A DNA stretch of 62,675 bases from Tolypothrix carrinoi HA7290-LM1 (GTDB lineage Bacteria; Cyanobacteriota; Cyanobacteriia; Cyanobacteriales; Nostocaceae): NCBI GenBank assembly GCA_019358935.1, contig JAHHIK010000043.1:1-62675 (forward strand), in the 5' to 3' direction. The notes beneath the pieces are model-generated. The model saw nothing but the letters and a program-made list of their open reading frames with translations. It did no database searches and was not told the DNA's origin. Positions within the stretch are counted from its first letter, which is position 1. Each line of letters opens with the position of its first letter. Below, one piece after another: positions 36,239 to 44,722 of this stretch. A program made the translations under genes and the position numbers.

Positions 36239-37510
36239 ATGCAAACTTTAGAACAAACAACACCCCCACACTCAAGTTCTGCACAATCTAGCCCCTTTGA
36301 TACAGATAGCTTTAATCAAGTCGTCATGTCCACTTATGCGCGGTTTCCCCTAGCCTTAGAAAAAGGCGCAGGATGCCGCGTTTGGGATACACAAGGGCGC
36401 TCATATCTGGATTTTGTCGCCGGAATTGCCACTTGCACTTTAGGACACGCCCACCCAGCATTAGTAGAAGCGGTGACAAAGCAAATTCAAAAGCTGCACC
36501 ACGTTTCTAATTTGTACTACATTCCCGAACAAGCGGAATTAGCAAAATGGATAGTTGAACATTCTTGTAGCGATCGCGTGTTTTTCTGCAATTCCGGGGC
36601 AGAAGCTAATGAAGGTGCAATCAAACTTGCGCGAAAATACGCACATACTGTGTTGCAAATTGACAGACCAATAATATTAACAGCTCATGCCAGTTTCCAC
36701 GGACGGACTTTGGCAACAGTTACCGCTACCGGACAGCCGAAGTATCAAAAAAACTTTGACCCCTTGATGCCGGGATTCCACTATGTACCTTACAACGATA
36801 TTGCCGCAGTCGAAGCCGCAATTAGCGAACTTGATGAAGGTGATTATCGCGTGGCGGCGATTTTAATCGAGCCATTGCAAGGAGAAGGCGGTGTGCGTCC
36901 GGGTGACGTTACTTACTTCCAAAAACTGCGGAAAATATGCGATGAAACCGGCATTTTGCTGATTTTCGATGAAGTGCAAGTTGGGATGGGACGCAGCGGT
37001 AAATTATGGGGTTATGAACATCTTGGTGTTGAGCCAGATATTTTCACCAGTGCTAAAGGCTTGGGTGGTGGTATCCCCATCGGCGCAATGATGAGCAAGT
37101 CATTCTGCGATGTTTTCCAACCTGGGGAACATGCTAGCACCTTCGGTGGCAATCCTTTTGCCTGTGGAGTCGCGCTCTCGGTTTGTCAGACATTAGAACG
37201 AGAGAATATTTTACAGAATGTCCAGGATCGGGGTGAACAATTGCGAGATGGATTGAAAGCGATCGCTCTTCAATATCCCCATATAATTACCGAAGTACGC
37301 GGTTGGGGTTTAATCAACGGGATGGAGTTGCAAGCAGACATTCAGCTAACCGCAGGTGATATCGTCAAAGCTGCTATGGACGAAGGCTTATTACTCGTAC
37401 CCGCAGGACCCAAAGTTCTCCGCTTTGTTCCACCCTTGATTGTGACAGAAAAAGAAGTAGAAACAGCATTGCAAGCTCTTGAAAAGGCGATCGCAACTGT
37501 AACCGCATAG
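36239..37510 (+). CDS. argD: Acetylornithine aminotransferase
   Basis: YLDFVAGIA, FCNSGAEANEGAIK, FHGRT, EPLQGEGG, DEVQVG.GR.G, AKGLGGG, HASTFGGNP. Confidence 0.93.
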   Translation: MQTLEQTTPPHSSSAQSSPFDTDSFNQVVMSTYARFPLALEKGAGCRVWDTQGRSYLDFVAGIATCTLGHAHPALVEAVTKQIQKLHHVSNLYYIPEQAELAKWIVEHSCSDRVFFCNSGAEANEGAIKLARKYAHTVLQIDRPIILTAHASFHGRTLATVTATGQPKYQKNFDPLMPGFHYVPYNDIAAVEAAISELDEGDYRVAAILIEPLQGEGGVRPGDVTYFQKLRKICDETGILLIFDEVQVGMGRSGKLWGYEHLGVEPDIFTSAKGLGGGIPIGAMMSKSFCDVFQPGEHASTFGGNPFACGVALSVCQTLERENILQNVQDRGEQLRDGLKAIALQYPHIITEVRGWGLINGMELQADIQLTAGDIVKAAMDEGLLLVPAGPKVLRFVPPLIVTEKEVETALQALEKAIATVTA

Positions 37511-37720
37511 GGGATGGGGAGAGGGGGGATGGGGGGACAAGGGGAGGGGGGGACAAGGAGGACAAGGGAGATGGGGGAGACAAGGAAGATGAAAAGACAA
37601 ACTCCCCCTGCCCCCAGCAAGAAAGCCCCCAGCCCCATGTCCTCCTTGTCAAGAAAGTCCCCCTTGTCCTCCTTGTCCTCCTTGTCCTCCTTGTCCCCCA
37701 CTCCCTAATCCCCAGTCCCC
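37511..37720. repeat. 9-mer/heptamer STRR-type repeats between convergent genes
   Basis: GGACAAGGA and TCCTTGTCC arms. Confidence 0.8.
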
Positions 37721-38484
37721 AACTTATTCGCAGTCCGCAAAATCTGCCCTGCTAAAACTGCTGCGCCAAAGCCATTATCAATATTCACTACCCCAACTCC
37801 CGCAGCACATGAATTGAGCATTGTCAAGAGGGGCGCTAACCCACCAAAACTTGCACCGTAACCGATGCTAGTGGGAACGGCAATTACCGGACAATCTGCC
37901 AAACCCGCGACTACACTGGGTAAAGCGCCTTCCATCCCCGCTACGACAATTAACACCGAAGCCGAATCGATGACATGGCGGTTATTCAGCAAGCGGTGAA
38001 TACCGGCAACACCGACATCCCAAAGGCGTTCTACGCGGAAACCAGAAAGTTCAGCGGTGACAGCAGCTTCTTCAGCCACAGGTAGATCGGCAGTACCAGC
38101 CGAAAGAATGCCAATATTACCAGAATACTGAGGTTCAATAGTCGGGGGAGCGATCGCACAAATTCGCGCCAAGTCGAAGTATCGCAAACCGGAAATTTTT
38201 GCTTTAAGTGCAGTGTAAACTTCTGGTTCAATTCGCGTAGCCATCACTACCGGGTTACGCAAGCGCATCACTTCCATAATTTGGGCAATTTGAGCCGGAG
38301 TTTTGCCAGGTCCCCAAATCACCTCTGGGAAACCGGTTCTTAGTTGACGATGGTGATCGATTTTGGCAAACTCACCAACAGGCTCATAAGTCAAGTTTTT
38401 CAGTTTGTCTAACGCCACATTTGGAGTAACGTTACCATTGGCAACAGATTCTAAGAGCGATCGCAAATCTTTTTCATCAGTCAT
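37705..38484 (-). CDS. larB: Nickel-pincer cofactor biosynthesis LarB / CpmA (PurE-like)
   Basis: DHHRQLRTGFPEV, AGTADLPVAEEA, DVGVAGIHRL, VAGMEGALPS, PTSIGYG, VVNIDNGFGA. Confidence 0.93.
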   Translation of the reverse strand: MTDEKDLRSLLESVANGNVTPNVALDKLKNLTYEPVGEFAKIDHHRQLRTGFPEVIWGPGKTPAQIAQIMEVMRLRNPVVMATRIEPEVYTALKAKISGLRYFDLARICAIAPPTIEPQYSGNIGILSAGTADLPVAEEAAVTAELSGFRVERLWDVGVAGIHRLLNNRHVIDSASVLIVVAGMEGALPSVVAGLADCPVIAVPTSIGYGASFGGLAPLLTMLNSCAAGVGVVNIDNGFGAAVLAGQILRTANKLGTGD

Positions 38485-38612
38485 TGGTAATTGGTAATTG
38501 GTAATTGGTAATTGGTAATTGGTAATTGATAATTGGTAATTGGTAATTGCTAGCTTGTTCTTGCCCATTCCCCATTCCCCATTCCCCATTACCCATTACC
38601 CATTACCCATTC
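38483..38612. repeat. STRR heptamers (TTGGTAA)n and (CCCATT[C/A])n
   Basis: Direct reading. Confidence 0.9.
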
Positions 38613-38613
38613 C

Positions 38614-40404
38614 CTAATCAGTTACTTTCAATTCGTAGAGGTTCCAGAATGGACCACCAAGAGCAGTGTACTTCACACCGACAAAGCGATCGCGCACTGC
38701 TTGCAAATTCAACCGTTCCACCAAATGAATAAACGGCAACTGTTCCGAAGCGATGCGCTGATATTCGTAATAATATTCCTTGCGCTTGTTTTCATCAACT
38801 TCTTGCGCTCCTTTAATATAAAGGCGATCAATTTCCTTTTCCCAGTCAGCAGCTTCCCAACCAGTTATCCCCGACTTTCCCGGTTGTGGAGCAATATTAA
38901 ATGCGTGAGATGCACCATTAAGTCTCCAGATATTGCTAGCAGAATGAGGTTCAATTCCGCCACCCTGAAATCCGCCAAGGTAACAATCCCAATTTTGGGC
39001 GACTTTCAGTTTATCTAAATAAGCGTTGAAACTGAGAATTTGCAAATCAACTCTAATCCCTAGTTTAGCCAAATCCCGTCTGATTTGCGCTGCCATATCT
39101 CCTCTAACTTTCCTTTCGGAATTTGTTAGCAAAGTGAATCGTACTTGATTTCCGTCAGCATCAACTAATTGATTTGCCGAGTTATATTTGAAGCCTGCTT
39201 GTAAAAGTAATTTCTTGGCTTTTTCTGGATCGTGATTGTAAACCTTTAAGCCTTTTTCTGGTGGCAAGAAGAAAGGACTTTTGACATAAACAAAGGAATT
39301 TTGCAGTTCACCCAATCCCCGAAAAGCATTTGTTTTCATCGTTTCGCGGTCAAGGGCATAAGCTATGGCTTGCCGAAATTCTTTTTTATTAAACCAGCGA
39401 GACTTGACAGGATCTACAAAAGGCTGACCCTGAGCATTTTTAGCTTTACTCAGGTTGAAAGCAATAAAAGTTGTACTTGTATCTGGTCCACCGTTATATA
39501 TTTTAAACTTCGCTCGCTTTTCCTCTCGCTTCAACAAACTAAACCCTTCCGGAGCAACTTCCAAATCATCCAATTGTCCAGAACGAAAACTAATTAACTG
39601 GTTGTCAGTAGATTCAATAATTTGGTAAACAACTCGCTCAATATAAGGTTGAGGTTTACCTTGAGCATCTTTGCGCCAATAATAGGGATTGCGCTTAAAA
39701 ATCACTCGCTGACTGGGAGTATAGCTTTCCATTACATAGGGACCGTTGCCAACAATTTCTTTCAGATTGGTTCCTGTCGTCCACATTGAGAGAAACTGGA
39801 GATTACCATCAGAACCCTTGGTTTGGGTAGATTTTTTGAGTATATGAGCCGGCAAAATTTCTATTCCACCTACTAATCTTAAAAAAGGAGCAAACGGTTC
39901 CGGCACAGTGAATTCTACCCGACGTTCATCAAGTTTTTTTACTGTTGGTAACTTACCGCTTTCACCAATTTTTAGAGAATCTTTGCTGGGTGCAGGTATC
40001 TTTGGGTTTAGGTAAACATCGTTGTAGGTAAAAAGAATATCATCAGCCGTCATTGGTTGACCATCTGACCACTTAAGTCCTGGTCGCAAAGTAATTACAA
40101 TTCGCTGACCATTATCAGTAACTTGCCAAGACTCAGCTAAAGCAGGCTCAAGCTTAGTCGTGAACGGGTTTGTTGTCATCAACGAGTCAAAAATAAAACC
40201 AAAAACGTTATATGCCGACTCATTCAGCGCCGGGTTAAAAGTTGAAGGCTCACCCGAAGTGGCAAAGACGAGTTGCGGCACCTGAGCTGCTGCGGTTCTG
40301 AAATTAGCCGGGTTACAGGCAGTAACTGTAAGTGCTGTAATTAAAGCCAGAATTACTGATAAACGAAAACGCCTGATTGTGGAAAAGATGCTCGAAAATT
40401 TCAT
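38614..40404 (-). CDS. ABC transporter substrate-binding lipoprotein, family 5 (peptide/nickel)
   Basis: Lipobox VTAC; PALAESW, LRPGLKWSDG.P.TADD, GNGPY, RNPYYW, FRQAIAYALDR. Confidence 0.93.
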   Translation of the reverse strand: MKFSSIFSTIRRFRLSVILALITALTVTACNPANFRTAAAQVPQLVFATSGEPSTFNPALNESAYNVFGFIFDSLMTTNPFTTKLEPALAESWQVTDNGQRIVITLRPGLKWSDGQPMTADDILFTYNDVYLNPKIPAPSKDSLKIGESGKLPTVKKLDERRVEFTVPEPFAPFLRLVGGIEILPAHILKKSTQTKGSDGNLQFLSMWTTGTNLKEIVGNGPYVMESYTPSQRVIFKRNPYYWRKDAQGKPQPYIERVVYQIIESTDNQLISFRSGQLDDLEVAPEGFSLLKREEKRAKFKIYNGGPDTSTTFIAFNLSKAKNAQGQPFVDPVKSRWFNKKEFRQAIAYALDRETMKTNAFRGLGELQNSFVYVKSPFFLPPEKGLKVYNHDPEKAKKLLLQAGFKYNSANQLVDADGNQVRFTLLTNSERKVRGDMAAQIRRDLAKLGIRVDLQILSFNAYLDKLKVAQNWDCYLGGFQGGGIEPHSASNIWRLNGASHAFNIAPQPGKSGITGWEAADWEKEIDRLYIKGAQEVDENKRKEYYYEYQRIASEQLPFIHLVERLNLQAVRDRFVGVKYTALGGPFWNLYELKVTD

Positions 40405-40427
40405 AGTTTCAATATTTGAGTCTTTTG

Positions 40428-41030
40428 CTAAAGTAATTGAGATTGTAGCCAACCGAGGAAGTTTTGAGTTTTGCTGAAATACTGAATACCAGTATTTTGT
40501 AATATTTCTACAACTTCCCGTTTACCAAATTCTTTGGAATTGCTACTTAAAAATACTTTTGTTTTACTATAATGTAAGCGTGCATGGTGAATTATACACT
40601 CTAAAATTAATTTATCCATCAGATGTTTTTGAAGTATATTTCTCCCTAAGCTTTGTTGAATAATTTCTGTTGCTAATGGAATCTCTTCCGCTTTGCTGAT
40701 AAGCTGGTTAAAAGCTATATCAAAACCTTGTACGATTTCATTCTTGTGTTCAACAAAGCTAACTTTGGATTGGTTTAGTAGCGAAAGTAATAACTGTGAT
40801 TTTTGTGAAATTTTATCTCGTTCTGCTTCATTAATTTGAATATCTAACCTGCAAAGGAAATCTTTGTTGTATTTTTCCTCTTGCTCCAATGTTGTAAGAG
40901 CTTCTACATAACAAATGCTCGGTATTGCTAGACAAACAGATGTCGGCGTATTAAAAAGTAAATTTTTTGCTTGCGGATCTTGCCCTTTAGCAATGCCCAT
41001 CAAAAAATTAGTTTCAACGTAAAGTATCAC
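40428..41030 (-). CDS. PIN-domain protein (DUF4935-like)
   Basis: ILYVETNFL, CYVEAL, MDKLILECI, FLSSNSKEF acidic PIN-type motifs. Confidence 0.75.
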   Translation of the reverse strand: MILYVETNFLMGIAKGQDPQAKNLLFNTPTSVCLAIPSICYVEALTTLEQEEKYNKDFLCRLDIQINEAERDKISQKSQLLLSLLNQSKVSFVEHKNEIVQGFDIAFNQLISKAEEIPLATEIIQQSLGRNILQKHLMDKLILECIIHHARLHYSKTKVFLSSNSKEFGKREVVEILQNTGIQYFSKTQNFLGWLQSQLL

Positions 41031-41039
41031 AACAAATTG

Positions 41040-41504
41040 CTAATAAACTTGAGTAGTTCCATCTTCTAATAGTTGTAATAAACCAATATCTGCCATCGGT
41101 TTTGTCAAAGGTGGTATTTCCGATTTCCAATGATAAGCTAAGTCTCGCAACCAAGCTTCTGTAAGGGTTATTAAGTAAAGATTATATATTTTTTTATTGC
41201 TGAATTCTGGTTCATAATGACTCAGCACATCAGGAGTATTAAGACTGAGAATTGGTTCTGATAAATGTTTTCCATCCCATTTAAAAATAACAATATTTTC
41301 TTTGTCAACAAGCATAGCAAAAGGAATCAACGTTTTTGCAGCTTGCAAGTAATCACTAAGTTGCGAGATAGCATTTTCTTTTGCCCTTTTTGTTTTGAAG
41401 TCAAATGGAAAACCTTGGACTTCAGCTATCAGAATAACTTGCCTATCTTTGTCTAAAGCAACGAAATCAGGAAAGTCTACATCTTCTAAGTTTGTAGCTT
41501 GCAT
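41040..41504 (-). CDS. Hypothetical protein with a PD-(D/E)xK-like motif
   Basis: FPDFVALD...LIAEVQ...QL.DY; ends with AWLRDLAYHWK. Confidence 0.65.
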   Translation of the reverse strand: MQATNLEDVDFPDFVALDKDRQVILIAEVQGFPFDFKTKRAKENAISQLSDYLQAAKTLIPFAMLVDKENIVIFKWDGKHLSEPILSLNTPDVLSHYEPEFSNKKIYNLYLITLTEAWLRDLAYHWKSEIPPLTKPMADIGLLQLLEDGTTQVY

Positions 41505-41587
41505 TGTTTCAATTTCTTACCAAGTTCAAGTTTGTTTTATGCGATCGCCTAATAATTACCATCCTAACTACTGTTAAATAAAGTTAC

Positions 41588-42070
41588 TCATTCAGCCATT
41601 AACAAAACAACAGCATAAGCACAAATACCTTCTTCGCGTCCCACCGGACCTAATTTTTCATTAGTCGTGGCTTTGATACCAACTTGATTCGGTGAAAGAT
41701 GCAAAACACCTGCTAGTTTGTCGCGCATTTTATCAATATGTGGTTTTAACTTTGGACGTTCTGCGACTACAACCGAATCAATATTGCCAATTTGCCAACC
41801 GCGATTGCGTATCAGTTTATCTACTTGAGCTAATAACATTAAACTATCAGCCCCCGCCCATTGAGCATCGCTAGGGGGAAAATAATGTCCAATATCCCCC
41901 AAAGACAAAGCACCCAACATCGCGTCCATAATCGCGTGGGTCAGGACATCAGCATCACTATGTCCCAACAAACCAACTTCGTGAGGAATCTTAACACCTC
42001 CCAAAATCAAAGAGCGATCGCTCACCAGTCGGTGAATATCATAACCGTTACCAATGCGAATATTAGTCAT
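41588..42070 (-). CDS. ispF: 2-C-methyl-D-erythritol 2,4-cyclodiphosphate synthase
   Basis: [39 protein letters not shown]. Confidence 0.97.
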   Translation of the reverse strand: MTNIRIGNGYDIHRLVSDRSLILGGVKIPHEVGLLGHSDADVLTHAIMDAMLGALSLGDIGHYFPPSDAQWAGADSLMLLAQVDKLIRNRGWQIGNIDSVVVAERPKLKPHIDKMRDKLAGVLHLSPNQVGIKATTNEKLGPVGREEGICAYAVVLLMAE

Positions 42071-42074
42071 TTGT

Positions 42075-42285
42075 TGGGTAATGGGTAATGGGGCATGGGG
42101 CATTGGGGAGGCAGTGCCGTGCGGAGGTTCCCTCCGTTGAGGCATCTGCCGTCATGGGGCATTGGGCATGGGGCATTGGGCATGGGGCATGGGGCATGGG
42201 GCATTTGTCTCCCTTGTCTCCCTTGTCCCCCCATCCCCCCCTCTCCCCTCTCCCCTCTCCCCACTCCCCACTCCCTACTCCCCCG
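42075..42285. repeat. STRR tract with one ~45-nt dispersed repeat (42109-42152, minus)
   Basis: aggcagtgccgtgcggaggttccctccgttgaggcatctgccgt embedded in GGGGCAT repeats. Confidence 0.85.
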
Positions 42286-42955
42286 AATTCAACAAATCGG
42301 GACGCCGTAAGCGTGTTCTTTTGAGTTGTTGTTGATAACGCCACTTGGCGATCGCTGCATGATTACCGCTAAGTAACACATCAGGTACTTTCCAGCCGCG
42401 AAAATTTGCCGGACGGGTATACTGGGGATAGTCTAATAATCCTTCCTCAAAACTTTCTGATTGTAAAGACTCGGCTTTACCCACAGTTCCGGGAAGCAGC
42501 CGCATCACTCCATTAATCAAAGCCATTGCCGGAATTTCTCCACCAGTGAGAACAAAATCACCCAAAGAAACCTCGCGGGTAACTAAATGCTGCACCCGCT
42601 CATCTACTCCTTCATAATGTCCGCAAATGACAATTAACTGGTCATAATTTGTCGCCAGTTCTCGTAACAGCGGTTGATTTATCGTTTGACCTTGAGGACT
42701 CATTAAAATAATTTCTCTACGAGGTAAAATCGGCAGCGACTCCACAGCCTTAAAAATCGGTTCTGGCTTCATCAGCATTCCCACTCCACCGCCATATGGT
42801 TCATCATCCACCTTTCGGTGCTTGTCGGTGGTAAAGTCTCGTGGATTAACCAAATTAATTTCGGCAATCTTTTTGGCTAAGGCTTTACCCAGCAGCCCAG
42901 AACTGAGAACAGAGATAAACGAGTCAGGAAATAGCGTAACTATATCAAAGCGCAC
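42275..42955 (-). CDS. trmD: tRNA (guanine-N1)-methyltransferase
   Basis: VDDEPYGGG.GM, CGHYEGVDERV, SLGDFVLTGGE, YPQYTRP, VLLSGNH. Confidence 0.97.
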   Translation of the reverse strand: MRFDIVTLFPDSFISVLSSGLLGKALAKKIAEINLVNPRDFTTDKHRKVDDEPYGGGVGMLMKPEPIFKAVESLPILPRREIILMSPQGQTINQPLLRELATNYDQLIVICGHYEGVDERVQHLVTREVSLGDFVLTGGEIPAMALINGVMRLLPGTVGKAESLQSESFEEGLLDYPQYTRPANFRGWKVPDVLLSGNHAAIAKWRYQQQLKRTRLRRPDLLNSGE

Positions 42956-43006
42956 AGTAATTCGTATTCAAGGACACTAATCTTAAATTGGCATGTCTGG
43001 AGAAAA

Positions 43007-43076
43007 GAGGGAGCAGGGGGAGCAGGGGGAGCAGGGGGAGCAGGGGGAGCAGGGGGAGCAGGGGGAGCAGGGGGAG
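43007..43076. repeat. 9-mer tandem (GGGGAGCAG)n
   Basis: About 7 copies. Confidence 0.9.
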
Positions 43077-43204
43077 AAATATTTCTTTTTTCTTACCATG
43101 AGTCCTTTTTCCCTTTACCCTTTTCCCCTCCTCAAATTGCCCCTTGCAAGAGTGCCCTTTTTCCGACTGATGTTGCGTCAAAGACTTATGGAGCTTCATC
43201 AATA

Positions 43205-43218
43205 GTATCTAAAAGTAC
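43205..43218. promoter_or_regulatory. Putative NtcA binding site upstream of cphB
   Basis: GTA-TCTAAAAG-TAC matches GTA-N8-TAC; cphBA1 is known to be NtcA-regulated in Anabaena. Confidence 0.6.
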
Positions 43219-43676
43219 CAGAGAAGATTAGATTTTCTGCACCAGCAAAAGTTTTTCTAATTACTTAATTTATGTTTAAATATTGTGACAACTACATTTA
43301 AATTAATAATCGAAGCAAGTTAACAACTTCCACCTGATGCATCAAGCCAGCCTCAGAAAAAAGCGTGCGCTCCACCTGCTTTCCCCAAGCAGTATTTTGC
43401 CAGTCTGGAAAATTAGGACAGGTGAAAAACACTCTTCTTTGCGCTCTCGAAACGGCAAGGGACACTACCGCTCGTTGAAGTACGATCTGAAGGAAGCATC
43501 AATTTCTCCCTACCTTCAGGGCGTGTCTACTACGTCAAGCAACAGAGCATGCGTTGGCAGCAAAAGCCGCAACAAGAGCACCTGTTTAAGTGTCCTCCTT
43601 TGAAGCGAAGCGGGAACATCATCAGAAAAAATGAACCTTGTTTTATTCATCCGAGGTTGTTGACAGGAGAAACACA

Positions 43677-44540
43677 ATGCCGCAATTAAAAGCTAAATCG
43701 CTGGAAATGAGGACACCATCTGCAACTAAGACCGCCGTACTGGTTATCGGAGGCGCAGAAGACAAAGTTCACGGACGTGAGATCCTCAGAACTTTTTTTG
43801 GACGTGCCGGTGCTAGCAATGGCTATATTACAATAATTCCATCAGCCTCCCGCGAACCTGCCATCATTGGTGGTCGGTATACCCGGATTTTTGAAGAAAT
43901 GGGTGCTAAAAAGGTTGAGATATTAGACATTCGGGAACGGGATCAGTGTGAAAGCGCCGACACAAAAGCATCCTTAGAAGCCTGTACCGGGGTGTTTTTG
44001 ACAGGGGGGGATCAATTGCGCCTGTGTGGTGTGTTGGCGGATACGCCAGCAATGGAAATTATCAGGCAACGAGTGAGGGCAGGGCAGCTGACCTTAGCAG
44101 GTACTTCGGCAGGGGCAGCAGTGATGGGGCATCATATGATTGCTGGCGGTGGTAGTGGTGAGACACCAAAACGTTCTCTAGTTGATATGGCAACAGGTTT
44201 GGGATTTATTCCGGAAGTGATTGTCGATCAACACTTTCACAATCGCAATCGGATGGGAAGGTTAATTAGCGCGATCGCCGCACATCCCGATCGCCTGGGC
44301 ATTGGCATTGATGAAGATACTTGTGCCATGTTTGAAAGGGATGGTTGGTTGCAAGCTATGGGCAAAGGCAGTGTCACAATTGTCGATCCCACAGAAGTCA
44401 CTCACACTAACGAACCCCATGTAGGAGCCTCAGAACCGCTAACGGTGCATAATTTGCGACTGCATATCCTCAGTCATGGCGATCGCTTTCACCTCTACCA
44501 ACGCACCGTCCTGCCCGCTGTACACCGTATTTCCAGCTGA
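43677..44540 (+). CDS. cphB: Cyanophycinase
   Basis: IGGAEDK, FLTGGDQLRL, GTSAGA, DQHFHNRNRMGRL, GIDEDT; AGGAG RBS. Confidence 0.97.
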   Translation: MPQLKAKSLEMRTPSATKTAVLVIGGAEDKVHGREILRTFFGRAGASNGYITIIPSASREPAIIGGRYTRIFEEMGAKKVEILDIRERDQCESADTKASLEACTGVFLTGGDQLRLCGVLADTPAMEIIRQRVRAGQLTLAGTSAGAAVMGHHMIAGGGSGETPKRSLVDMATGLGFIPEVIVDQHFHNRNRMGRLISAIAAHPDRLGIGIDEDTCAMFERDGWLQAMGKGSVTIVDPTEVTHTNEPHVGASEPLTVHNLRLHILSHGDRFHLYQRTVLPAVHRISS

Positions 44541-44549
44541 CGGAATAGA

Positions 44550-44563
44550 GTATCTAAGGTTAC
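44550..44563. promoter_or_regulatory. Putative NtcA binding site upstream of cphA
   Basis: GTA-TCTAAGGT-TAC, nearly identical to the 43205 site. Confidence 0.6.
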
Positions 44564-44722
44564 ACTGTGTTGACCGCTAATTTCTCGCTAGCTGGAGAAA
44601 AATAACAATCATACCATGTAAAAAGAAAAAACTGTTTGTCATGAACAGTTTAGCGGTCAATTCCAGTATGAAACTAATAGAAAACTAGAATTTAGGTTCC
44701 GAATCTCCATCTACCTATTCCC

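Noticed and set aside
43337..43603. 88-aa ORF upstream of cphB
   Set aside because: No RBS or recognisable motif; more likely the regulatory leader of cphB.
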